Below, piece by piece: positions 23,355 to 31,925 of a stretch of 32,000 bases of DNA. Location: NCBI RefSeq assembly GCF_003351905.1, contig NZ_CP022339.1, positions 1-32,000 on the forward strand. Direction: 5' to 3'. The translations under genes and the position numbers were made by a program. This stretch comes from Candidatus Saccharimonadota bacterium. Its GTDB lineage: Bacteria > Bacteroidota > Bacteroidia > Cytophagales > Amoebophilaceae. Every line of letters begins with the position of its first letter. The first letter of the stretch is position 1. Under the pieces are notes generated by a model. It searched no databases, was not told where the DNA came from, and saw only the letters and a program-made list of their open reading frames with translations.

Positions 23355-23836
23355 GTTAATAATGAACTTTATTCCACTTTTTTCTTGATAAAAAAGTGGA
23401 CAAAAAATCAAGCCCTTGGCAAAAAGTCGCTGAAAGTGCCATCTTACAGGGACGTTGTTCTTTTTAAATGAAAACCAGTGAATTGAATAGATATATGTGC
23501 TGCTATTTCGTCAAGTTAAGGCGCATATGTCCGCCGATAAAAAAACTTGGCGCTTCAGTAAACTTGTAATCTTTAGACGAACGGTTGTGCAGCGGATTAG
23601 AAAAACAGTTTCCTTTAAAGCCCACGCAGTGCGCGCTTTCTGTTTTTCCCGTTGCACAACCGTTCGTTTCATTACTTTTACTATGTGCCAACTTTTTATT
23701 GGCGGACATATGCAGCGCTGTACGAATTAGCCATTTCTATCTCTGTGTTAGAATAGATATTCCTTAAGTTGACGCCATTGCTTGAACAGATACGATTTTC
23801 CTTAAATTGATACCATTGGTTGAATGGATATGATTT
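23355..23836 (+). repeat. Dispersed modular repeat, copy 5 (most complete: A + C + full D palindrome + E + duplicated E')
   Basis: It contains hairpin A at 23384-23409 and the long palindrome at 23521-23716. The ~38-nt terminal module is duplicated ('ccttaagttgacgccattgcttgaacagatacgatttt' / 'ccttaaattgataccattggttgaatggatatgatttt'). Confidence 0.75.
23521..23716. repeat. ~196-nt imperfect palindrome (module D), MITE-like, with ~27-nt terminal inverted repeats
   Basis: The outer arms 'gcatatgtccgccgataaaaaaacttggc' and 'gccaactttttattggcggacatatgc' are complementary. So are the inner arms 'acgaacggttgtgcagcgg' / 'ccgttgcacaaccgttcgt' and 'gaaaaacag' / 'ctgtttttc'. Confidence 0.7.
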
Positions 23837-23857
23837 TTGTAGGTTCCAACCTTCTGA

Positions 23858-24697
23858 TTATCGATTCTGGTAATAAACAATAAAACAGGTGCTAGAAATA
23901 ATAATAGCAGCTCCCAAACAAGTACTAAGAGTTGGCCATTCTTGAAAGAAAAGATAACCCAATAGGATAGAAAGTAGCCATTCGGTATATTTCATAGGTG
24001 CTAAAGAGGCTACAGTTGATTGCTGCAAAGCTTTTAATAGAAAGTAAAGAATAAGGTTGCTCCCAATGCCCAATAGGGTTGCAAAACATAACTCAAATAG
24101 GGTAGGGGTTTGCCAATAGTAGTAGGCTACTGGTAACGTGCAACAGGAGGCGACTAAGTTGGAAAAGAAAAGCATGGAAAGCATCGGCTCACATGTAACA
24201 TACTTTTTATTAATAACGTCTAGTGAGGCAAAAACAAGGGTTGCGAATATACAGGATAAGGATGAACTATTGTACATAGTAGGACGCAATATTAAAGCCA
24301 TACCTATACAAGTCAATAGTGTGGCCATCCATATCGGGAAGGCTACTTTTTCTTTAAGAAAAATTCTTGCTAGGATCAGTACAAAAATAGGATTGGTAAA
24401 TCCGATTACCGTTGCGCTACTCATGGTCATTTGGGTGAGGCTATAGGCATACAAACCCATGGCAACGGATAAAAATAGCCCCCGCCATAGATGGAGCAGT
24501 GGACGTTGTGTTTTAAAAGACCCCCTATGGTAGATAAAGGGTACTAAAACCAAACTGCCAAATGCAAAACGCAAGAAACAGATTTGACAAGCGCTTAGTT
24601 CCGTGATTAAGTATTTGGTTACCAAATCATTCAAGCAACTTGAAAGTATACTGAGCAATAACCAAAACAATGATTGCAAGTAGGTGTGTGGGTGCAT
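23858..24697 (-). CDS. DMT (EamA) superfamily transporter
   Basis: 279 aa with ~10 predicted TM helices in two EamA-like halves. The substrate cannot be inferred from the sequence alone. Confidence 0.8.
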   Translation of the reverse strand: MHPHTYLQSLFWLLLSILSSCLNDLVTKYLITELSACQICFLRFAFGSLVLVPFIYHRGSFKTQRPLLHLWRGLFLSVAMGLYAYSLTQMTMSSATVIGFTNPIFVLILARIFLKEKVAFPIWMATLLTCIGMALILRPTMYNSSSLSCIFATLVFASLDVINKKYVTCEPMLSMLFFSNLVASCCTLPVAYYYWQTPTLFELCFATLLGIGSNLILYFLLKALQQSTVASLAPMKYTEWLLSILLGYLFFQEWPTLSTCLGAAIIISSTCFIVYYQNR

Positions 24698-24703
24698 TGC
24701 TGG

Positions 24704-25651
24704 TTAATGATTGTGCGCACTTTGCAAATGGCTATAGGGTTGTTGCAAAAAGCGTTCTGCATCTAGTGCAGCCATACAACCTGTGCCAGCAGCGGTTACG
24801 GCTTGTCTATAGTGGGGATCTTGAATATCTCCAGCCGCAAAGACCCCAGGAATGTTGGTTTCTGTAGTGCCTGGCTTGGTTTGAATGTACCCTTGGTGGT
24901 CTACGGTTATATAGGGTAGAAAGGGCAAGGTATTGGGTTGATGGCCTATTGCAACAAATAAACCAGCTGCTTCTATATGGGTAATGGCCGTTGCATGGAT
25001 GACCTCTATGGCTTCTACAGCCTCCTGGCCTATAATATCTTTCACTTCTGTTTGAAACCAGACTTGAATGTTTGCTTTTTTAAATACCCGTTCTTGCATA
25101 ATTTTACTGGCACGCATCTGGCCCTTACGTACTAATAGATGGACTTTGTGGCAAAGTTTGGCTAAATACAACGCTTCCTCTGCAGCAGTATCTCCTCCCC
25201 CTACTACGACAACGTTTTTGTCTTTAAAAAAGAAGCCATCACAAATGGCACAAGCAGAAACCCCTTTCCCATATAGCTTTTTTTCTGCTGGTAAACCTAG
25301 CCATTTCGCAGAAGCGCCAGCTGCAATGATAACGGCTTGAGCCAGTATACTGACGCCGTTGTCTAGCGTTAACCGTCGTGGATAGGCGTCAAAATCTACC
25401 TTGGTGATGGTGCCCGCTTTGATTATAGCGCCAAACCGTTCTGCTTGCGCTTGAAAATCTTCCATCATAGCAGGGCCTGTTATGCCATTTTTATAGCCAG
25501 GATAATTCTCCACCTCCCCTGTAATGGTTAATTGACCACCTGGGTTGGGACCTTGGTACAAAACGGGATGCAGGCCTGCTCGGGCAGCGTAAATCGCAGC
25601 AGTATAACCAGCTGGACCGCCTCCAATGATAATGAGTGGTATAGAAGACAT
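24704..25651 (-). CDS. trxB: Thioredoxin-disulfide reductase
   Basis: Motifs are IIGGGPAGYTAAIYAAR (FAD), the redox-active CAICDG and VVGGGDTAAEEALYL (NADPH). I prefer the start at MSSIPL (25651), which avoids overlap with rpoD; the ORF is open to 25678. Confidence 0.9.
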   Translation of the reverse strand: MSSIPLIIIGGGPAGYTAAIYAARAGLHPVLYQGPNPGGQLTITGEVENYPGYKNGITGPAMMEDFQAQAERFGAIIKAGTITKVDFDAYPRRLTLDNGVSILAQAVIIAAGASAKWLGLPAEKKLYGKGVSACAICDGFFFKDKNVVVVGGGDTAAEEALYLAKLCHKVHLLVRKGQMRASKIMQERVFKKANIQVWFQTEVKDIIGQEAVEAIEVIHATAITHIEAAGLFVAIGHQPNTLPFLPYITVDHQGYIQTKPGTTETNIPGVFAAGDIQDPHYRQAVTAAGTGCMAALDAERFLQQPYSHLQSAHNH

Positions 25652-25662
25652 AGGTTGATCCA

Positions 25663-26526
25663 TTACCCTAAGTAGCATTTGAGGGTCTCGCTGCTGACGG
25701 CTGCTTTTAGTTTTTTAATGCCTTTTTCTTTTACTTGGCGCACGCGTTCCCGCGTCAGACCAAATCGGGCAGCTATCTCTTCTAGCGTCAGTATTTCTGT
25801 ATTGTTCAGGCCAAAGTAATAGCAGAGTACATCACGCTCTCTAGGGGTCAGTACAGCCAATGCACGTTGGATTTCTTTACATAAAGAATCATTCATTAAC
25901 TCACTATCTGGCTTTTTTTCTACATCACTTTCCAATACATCCAATAGGCTGTTTTCTTCACCTTGCAAAAAGGGTGCATCTACAGAGATATGACGTCCTG
26001 CCACTTTTAACGCACCACGTACCTCTTCCGGATCAACCTCTAAAAACTGTGCCAACTCTTCTACAGTGGGTTCTCTTTCATATTTTTGCTCTAAACGAGA
26101 AAACGTTCTGGAAATTTTACTGAGTGAGCTAATGCGATTCAAGGGCAAGCGTACAATTCTAGCCTGCTCGGCTAGGGCTTGCAATATGGATTGTCTAATC
26201 CACCAAACAGCATAAGAGATAAACTTAAACCCTCTCTTTTCATCAAACCGTTGCGCAGATTTGATTAGGCCAAGGTTGCCTTCATTAATCAAGTCACTCA
26301 AGGAGAGCCCTTGGTTTTGATATTGCTTGGCAACGGATACCACAAATCGAAGATTGGCCTTGGTAAGTCTTTCAAAGGCAGCTCTGTCACCCATTCTAAT
26401 TTTTTTGGAAAGCTCAACTTCTTCATCCGCACTAAGCAATGGCACTCTACCGATTTCCTGAAGATATTTATCTAAGGACTGACTTTCACGATTGGTGATC
26501 TGTTTGCTTATCTTTAGCTGTCTCAT
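25663..26526 (-). CDS. rpoD: RNA polymerase primary sigma factor (Bacteroidota sigma-A type)
   Basis: 287 aa. The N-terminus [27 protein letters not shown] and regions 2-4 ([10 protein letters not shown], ...[24 protein letters not shown]) are present. Confidence 0.9.
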   Translation of the reverse strand: MRQLKISKQITNRESQSLDKYLQEIGRVPLLSADEEVELSKKIRMGDRAAFERLTKANLRFVVSVAKQYQNQGLSLSDLINEGNLGLIKSAQRFDEKRGFKFISYAVWWIRQSILQALAEQARIVRLPLNRISSLSKISRTFSRLEQKYEREPTVEELAQFLEVDPEEVRGALKVAGRHISVDAPFLQGEENSLLDVLESDVEKKPDSELMNDSLCKEIQRALAVLTPRERDVLCYYFGLNNTEILTLEEIAARFGLTRERVRQVKEKGIKKLKAAVSSETLKCYLG

Positions 26527-26566
26527 AGTTTGCTACGTTAAATATAAATATGAAAAATACGATCCT

Positions 26567-28702
26567 TTATCCTCCAGCTGCTCCCACATCCAGTAGTACC
26601 TTACGTGATAACCTATATTTACCTGTTTTAGGATCTACTCCAATCAGCTTTACTTGTAATTCTTCTCCAATTTCTAATACCTTTTCTAAATTTTCAATGC
26701 GCTCTAAGCGCACTTCTGAAACATGTAAAAACCCATCTTTACCAGGCATAAACTCTACAAATGCGCCATAGTTTAGCACAGACTTAACCTTTCCCATATA
26801 TATTTCACCAATGGTTGGCTTAGCGGTAATCGTCTTTATGCTGTTAACTGCTTTTTGCAACATTTCTTGATTCCCAGCAAATATGGTCACAATACCTTTA
26901 TAGCCCTGTTCAACAATATCGATAGTGGTATAGGTCTCTTTTTGAATTTCTTGTATGACCTTCCCGCCTGGTCCAATAATGGCACCAATCATCTCTTTTT
27001 CAACCTCTATAGTGATGATTTTAGGCGCATGTGGCTTGCTGTTTGGACGAGGAGCAGTTATGGTTTCTTCCATTTTTTGAAGAATATGTAGTCTACCTGC
27101 TTTGGCTTGGTGCAGGGCGGTTTCTAACATTTCATAGGAAATACCAGCTACTTTCATATCCATTTGGCATGCGGTAATACCTTGATAGGTACCTGTTACC
27201 TTAAAATCCATATCACCAATCTGGTCTTCATCGCCTAGAATATCAGACAAAACAGCAAAGCGTCCTGTAGTTGGATCTGTAATCATGCCCATAGCAATAC
27301 CTGAAACCGCTGCTTTAATAGGAATGCCTGCATCCATTAGGGCTAAAGAGCCGGCACAAACGGTAGCCATAGAAGAAGAACCATTTGATTCAAGAATATC
27401 AGATACCACACGTATGGTATAGAGGTTTTCTTTATCAGGTGGTAAGACAGCTTTTAAGGCCCGCATCGCTAAGTTGCCATGCCCTATTTCTCGACGAGAA
27501 GGGCCTCTATTGGGTTTCACCTCTCCAGTAGAAAAGCCAGGAAAATTATAATGGAGCATAAAACGATTATAGCCATCTTCCATAGCCCGATCAATGATTT
27601 GCTCATCGAATTTGCTCCCAAGTGTAACGGTAGTGAGTGATTGCGTTTCGCCTCTTGTAAAAAGTGCAGAACCATGTGCAGAGGGTAGGAAGTCTATTTC
27701 AGATTCGATCGGTCTAACTTGATCTAATCGGCGACCGTCTAAACGAATGTTTTCATTTAACACCAGTGCGCGAATGGCTTGATTTTGGAGTTCAAGTAAA
27801 AATTCTTTTTGCTGCGCAGCAGTTACTTCCTCGCCATTTTGATCTTTGGCAAGCTGCTCAGTGTAGCGGTGCGCTACCGCCATAAAAGCCTCTTTACGCA
27901 CAGTTTTAGAAGGTATATGTTGTTTGGCAACTGCATATAGATTGGCATAAATGGCCTCACGTAGAGCAGTTGGGTAACCTAATGTAGTTTGGCTAAATAT
28001 ATCTATTGTTTTTTCAATGCCCACTGCCTCCATCAGCGCTCGTTGCACTGCACAGTGTAGCTTAATCGCATCATGGGCATGACGAATCGCTGTTATCATA
28101 TCCGCTTCTTGCACTTCATGCATGGCGCCCTCTACCATAAGTATATGATCATCACTAGCCGCTACCATCAGGTTGATATCCGCTTTTTCAAGCAGGTGAG
28201 CAGATGGATTGATTAGAAAAACACCATCTACACGTGCTACGCGCACCTCAGAAATGGGCCCATGGAATGGAATAGAAGAAATAGATAAGGCCGCAGAAGC
28301 TGCTAAGGCAGCCAATGCATCTGGTAAAATCGTCTCGTCAGCAGATATTAACGATATATTTACCTGAATCTCAATATTCAATCCCTTTGGGAAAAGAGGA
28401 CGAATGGCGCGGTCAACCAATCTAGCAATGAGAATTTCATGGTCTCCTAGCCTACCTTCTCGTTTTAGAAACCCTCCAGGTATTTTACCGGACGCAGCAA
28501 ATTTTTCTTGATAATCTACAGAAAGGGGTAAAAAAGTACTTTCTTCTGCAGTGGGTTTAGCTACTACAGCGGCCAACAGTATGGTATTACCCATTCGGAC
28601 TAGAACAGAACCATCAGCTTGTGTGGCTAATTTACCTGTTTCTATAGTAATGACCCGATTATCTGGTAATGGTATCGTTTTTGAAATTAGTTTTCTGAGC
28701 AT
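26567..28702 (-). CDS. pnp: Polyribonucleotide nucleotidyltransferase (PNPase)
   Basis: 711 aa, with two RNase PH domains followed by KH (IGAIIGPGGKVIQEIQ) and S1 (GKVKSVLNYGAFVEF) domains. Confidence 0.95.
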   Translation of the reverse strand: MLRKLISKTIPLPDNRVITIETGKLATQADGSVLVRMGNTILLAAVVAKPTAEESTFLPLSVDYQEKFAASGKIPGGFLKREGRLGDHEILIARLVDRAIRPLFPKGLNIEIQVNISLISADETILPDALAALAASAALSISSIPFHGPISEVRVARVDGVFLINPSAHLLEKADINLMVAASDDHILMVEGAMHEVQEADMITAIRHAHDAIKLHCAVQRALMEAVGIEKTIDIFSQTTLGYPTALREAIYANLYAVAKQHIPSKTVRKEAFMAVAHRYTEQLAKDQNGEEVTAAQQKEFLLELQNQAIRALVLNENIRLDGRRLDQVRPIESEIDFLPSAHGSALFTRGETQSLTTVTLGSKFDEQIIDRAMEDGYNRFMLHYNFPGFSTGEVKPNRGPSRREIGHGNLAMRALKAVLPPDKENLYTIRVVSDILESNGSSSMATVCAGSLALMDAGIPIKAAVSGIAMGMITDPTTGRFAVLSDILGDEDQIGDMDFKVTGTYQGITACQMDMKVAGISYEMLETALHQAKAGRLHILQKMEETITAPRPNSKPHAPKIITIEVEKEMIGAIIGPGGKVIQEIQKETYTTIDIVEQGYKGIVTIFAGNQEMLQKAVNSIKTITAKPTIGEIYMGKVKSVLNYGAFVEFMPGKDGFLHVSEVRLERIENLEKVLEIGEELQVKLIGVDPKTGKYRLSRKVLLDVGAAGG

Positions 28703-28863
28703 ATACGTATGATGGAATGATGATATACAACGGCATCAAATTCATTTAAAGAGCAGGAAAAAATATATAATAAGATGCTGTCCATAGCACTTTGTGCCTC
28801 ATAAGATGATATAGGAAAAGTATTGAAAATAAACAAATGCGATGCAAGGGAAACAACGCACTA

Positions 28864-29184
28864 CTACTTCCTTAAACCAAGGTTGGTAATAATATTTCTA
28901 TAACGGCTTAAGTCTTCTTTTTTAAGGTAGGCTAATAACCTTTTGCGCTTACCGACTAACTTTAAAAGACCTAGTTTTGCAGCATGATCTTTTTTTTTAA
29001 TACTGAGGTGTTCTGTTAAATGTTTAATTCTGTATGTAAATAGTGCAATCTGTGATTCAGAAGAACCACTGTCTTGTTCAGATTTTTGAAACCCAAAAGT
29101 CTTAAAAAGATTGCCTTTTTCCGAGTGGTTAAATACAAATGCCTGTTCTGCTTTATTTTCTTTATTTTGATTGGTCAACTTCAT
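28864..29184 (-). CDS. rpsO: 30S ribosomal protein S15 (with a ~17-aa N-terminal extension)
   Basis: The C-terminal 89 aa align to S15 (SQIALFTYRIKHLTEHL...KKDHAAKLGLLKLVGKRKRLLAYLKKED). The gene sits in the conserved rpsO-pnp arrangement. Confidence 0.85.
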   Translation of the reverse strand: MKLTNQNKENKAEQAFVFNHSEKGNLFKTFGFQKSEQDSGSSESQIALFTYRIKHLTEHLSIKKKDHAAKLGLLKLVGKRKRLLAYLKKEDLSRYRNIITNLGLRK

Positions 29185-29328
29185 AGTGTTTTACAGTAAA
29201 TTTAAACTTAGCCTAGACAAATGTAACCATAAAATCATCCACTTGCAAATTTAAATTGGAGTTATATACATTACTTTATTTGTATGGCCTCTACCTATAG
29301 TGGAGGCTAGAAAAAAGCGGATCTATGG

Positions 29329-30663
29329 TTACCTTGGTTTTTTAAGGAACCCAGGCAAGCTGCCGAATAAGTTGAATCCTTCTTTAGGTATTTTTTTCAT
29401 CATTTTATGCATCATGTCAAACTGTTTAAGTAATTGATGCACCTCTTGGATCGTTTTCCCGCTGCCACGTGCAATACGTTCCCGACGACTTTGGTCAATA
29501 ATAGGTGGATTCCTTCTTTCTTTAGGCGTCATAGAGGCTATGATTACTTCACAACTGTTAAACATATTGTCGTCTAGCGGTAGGTCTTGCACTGCTTTTC
29601 CTAGCCCAGGTAGCATGCTCACCATTTCTTTTAGGCTCCCTATTTTTTTAATTTGTTTGATTTGGTTCACCAAGTCTTCCAAGTTAAATTGATTGGTTTT
29701 GATTTTTTGTTGTAAACTACGTTGTTGTTCTTCGTTATAAACGGCTTCTGCACGTTCTACAAAGGAAATCACATCCCCCATGCCCAGGATACGGCTGGCC
29801 ATACGATCAGGATGAAAAAGATCTAGATCCTCCATCTTTTCACCTGTGCTGATGAACTTAATAGGCTTATCTACTACACTACGAATAGAAAGGGCTGCAC
29901 CTCCACGGGCATCTCCATCTAGTTTGGTAAGTACTACTCCATCAAAATTAAGCTGCTTATTAAAAGCTTGTGCGGTGGTAACCGCGTCTTGGCCTGCCAT
30001 GGCATCCACTACAAAAAGCGTTGCAGAGGGTTTTAAGTTTTCTTTTAGTATGCGAATCTCTTGCATCATCACCTCATCAATAGCCAAACGACCTGCAGTA
30101 TCTACAATCACAAGGTCCATGGCTTTGTTTTTAGCTTCTTGAATGGCATTTTGCGCAATCGTATAGGGATTGGTTTCTGCTGGCTCTGTATAAACACTTA
30201 TATTAAGCCCTGCACCTAGTTTTTTAAGTTGTTCAGCTGCTGCAGGTCTGTAGACGTCACAAGCCACTAAGAGGGGTCTTTTATTTTTCTTTTGGTAGTA
30301 ATGTGCCAGTTTGCCTGTTAAGGTGGTTTTCCCGGCTCCTTGTAGACCGGCTACTAGTATAACAGCTGGATGACCCGTAAGACGTACTTCACTATGTGTG
30401 CCACCCATTAAATCGGTTAAGGCGTCTTGAACCAGTTTTGTAAAGAGCTGACCCGGTGAAACAGATGTAAGCACATTGGTGCCAATGGCTTTTTGTTTAA
30501 TCGCATCTGTAACTTGCTTGGCTATCTTGTAATGTACGTCTGCCTGAACCAGACTTCTACGGATTTCTTTTATGGTAGCAGCAATGTTTATTTCTGTAAT
30601 GCGACCTTGCCCTTTTAAGGACTTTATTGCTTTTTCTAGGTTTTTGCTAAGGCTCTGAAACAT
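29329..30663 (-). CDS. ffh: Signal recognition particle protein Ffh
   Basis: 444 aa. It has an NG domain with GLQGAGKTT, DTAGR and TKLDGD motifs and a Met-rich M domain. Confidence 0.95.
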   Translation of the reverse strand: MFQSLSKNLEKAIKSLKGQGRITEINIAATIKEIRRSLVQADVHYKIAKQVTDAIKQKAIGTNVLTSVSPGQLFTKLVQDALTDLMGGTHSEVRLTGHPAVILVAGLQGAGKTTLTGKLAHYYQKKNKRPLLVACDVYRPAAAEQLKKLGAGLNISVYTEPAETNPYTIAQNAIQEAKNKAMDLVIVDTAGRLAIDEVMMQEIRILKENLKPSATLFVVDAMAGQDAVTTAQAFNKQLNFDGVVLTKLDGDARGGAALSIRSVVDKPIKFISTGEKMEDLDLFHPDRMASRILGMGDVISFVERAEAVYNEEQQRSLQQKIKTNQFNLEDLVNQIKQIKKIGSLKEMVSMLPGLGKAVQDLPLDDNMFNSCEVIIASMTPKERRNPPIIDQSRRERIARGSGKTIQEVHQLLKQFDMMHKMMKKIPKEGFNLFGSLPGFLKKPR

Positions 30664-30692
30664 AAGTATATCTAATTTGTCTGCCTGTTGGT

Positions 30693-31925
30693 TTACGAAA
30701 TGGTTTGGTAGTGGAGCGTACTACAATTTTGCTCTTGTAAAATCATTTCAGCACTTGCTTGAATCGCGTCTAAGTCAACTTGCCTAATATACTCAATTTT
30801 CTTATTTACCAAGTTGGTGTCGCCCTGTAGGGTAGCTATTGCTAATTCTTGTGCACGATGTATCAGGCTTACTTGACCAAAGATTAGTTGTGCTTCCATC
30901 TGATTTTTTACCTTTTCTAATGCAACAGGGGTGGTATGCTGAATGGTTTTTAATACTTTTATTAAAGCGTTTTCTGCTAATTCGAATGGAATGTTTTGGG
31001 GTAAACTACCACTAAGTACCAATAGACCAGGGTCGAATGACTCTGTGGTATAGCCATCTATTTTGGTGTAAAGGGCTTGTTTTTCTACCAGGTTGGCATG
31101 TAGCAAAGCGGACTTTCCTTCGCTGAGTAAGTGGCATACTACTTCTGCTGCATAGTAGCCAGGCATGCCTTTTCCTGGCATATGGTAGGCTTTATACAAA
31201 ATAGGAAAGGGGACATCCCCCTGAACTACTTTTCGTCTAGGGAATACTTGCTCAGGTTCTTGCGGTAAAGCTCTATGGTAAGCAGGGCCAGCTGGAATGG
31301 GTTCAAACCATTTTTTACACAATGCAGCTACTTGTGTGCTGGTTACCTTACCCGCAACTACTAAAATCGCATGGTTGGGTCTATAGAATTTGTAAAAAAA
31401 GGCTTTGACCTCATCCATAGTAGCATTTTCTATGTGGCTTACTGATTGACCAATGGTGGGCCATTTGTAAGGATGGGTCGTATAGGCTAGATCGGTCAAA
31501 TGGTGCCATGCATCACCATAGGGTTGGTTGAGGTAATGTTCTTTAAACTCTTCCACTACTACCTTGCGTTGTACTTCAAGTGATTTTTCGTTAAATGCAA
31601 GCCCAAGCATGCGATCGGATTCAAGCCAAAAAGCTGTTTCTAGGTTAACAGCAGGTAGGGAACAATAATAATTGGTTAAGTCTGTAGTCGTATAGGCATT
31701 GTTGTCACCGCCTACTTGTTGTAAAGGGGTATCGTAAACAGGAATATGACAGGAGCCGCCAAACATTAAATGTTCAAATAGGTGGGCAAAACCTGTTTTT
31801 AAAGGGTGTTCATCTCGGGCACCTACATCATACATTAGGTTCATTACCGCAATGTGGCTGGTTGGATCTTCGTGCACAATAACTTGTAGGCCATTAGATA
31901 AAGTAAATTTTTCAAAATGAATCAT
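30693..31925 (-). CDS. M16 family (pitrilysin/insulinase-like) zinc peptidase
   Basis: It has the inverted zinc motif HLFEH (FAHLFEHLMFGG). I prefer the start at MIHFEKFTLSNG (31925); the ORF is open to 31952. Confidence 0.85.
   Translation of the reverse strand: MIHFEKFTLSNGLQVIVHEDPTSHIAVMNLMYDVGARDEHPLKTGFAHLFEHLMFGGSCHIPVYDTPLQQVGGDNNAYTTTDLTNYYCSLPAVNLETAFWLESDRMLGLAFNEKSLEVQRKVVVEEFKEHYLNQPYGDAWHHLTDLAYTTHPYKWPTIGQSVSHIENATMDEVKAFFYKFYRPNHAILVVAGKVTSTQVAALCKKWFEPIPAGPAYHRALPQEPEQVFPRRKVVQGDVPFPILYKAYHMPGKGMPGYYAAEVVCHLLSEGKSALLHANLVEKQALYTKIDGYTTESFDPGLLVLSGSLPQNIPFELAENALIKVLKTIQHTTPVALEKVKNQMEAQLIFGQVSLIHRAQELAIATLQGDTNLVNKKIEYIRQVDLDAIQASAEMILQEQNCSTLHYQTIS

Noticed and set aside
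8786-23409. Recurring 26-nt hairpin CCACTTTTTTCTTGATAAAAAAGTGG considered as a possible CRISPR repeat
   Set aside because: The copies are kilobases apart, irregularly spaced and embedded in a larger conserved element. They are separated by genes, not short unique spacers, and no cas genes are present.
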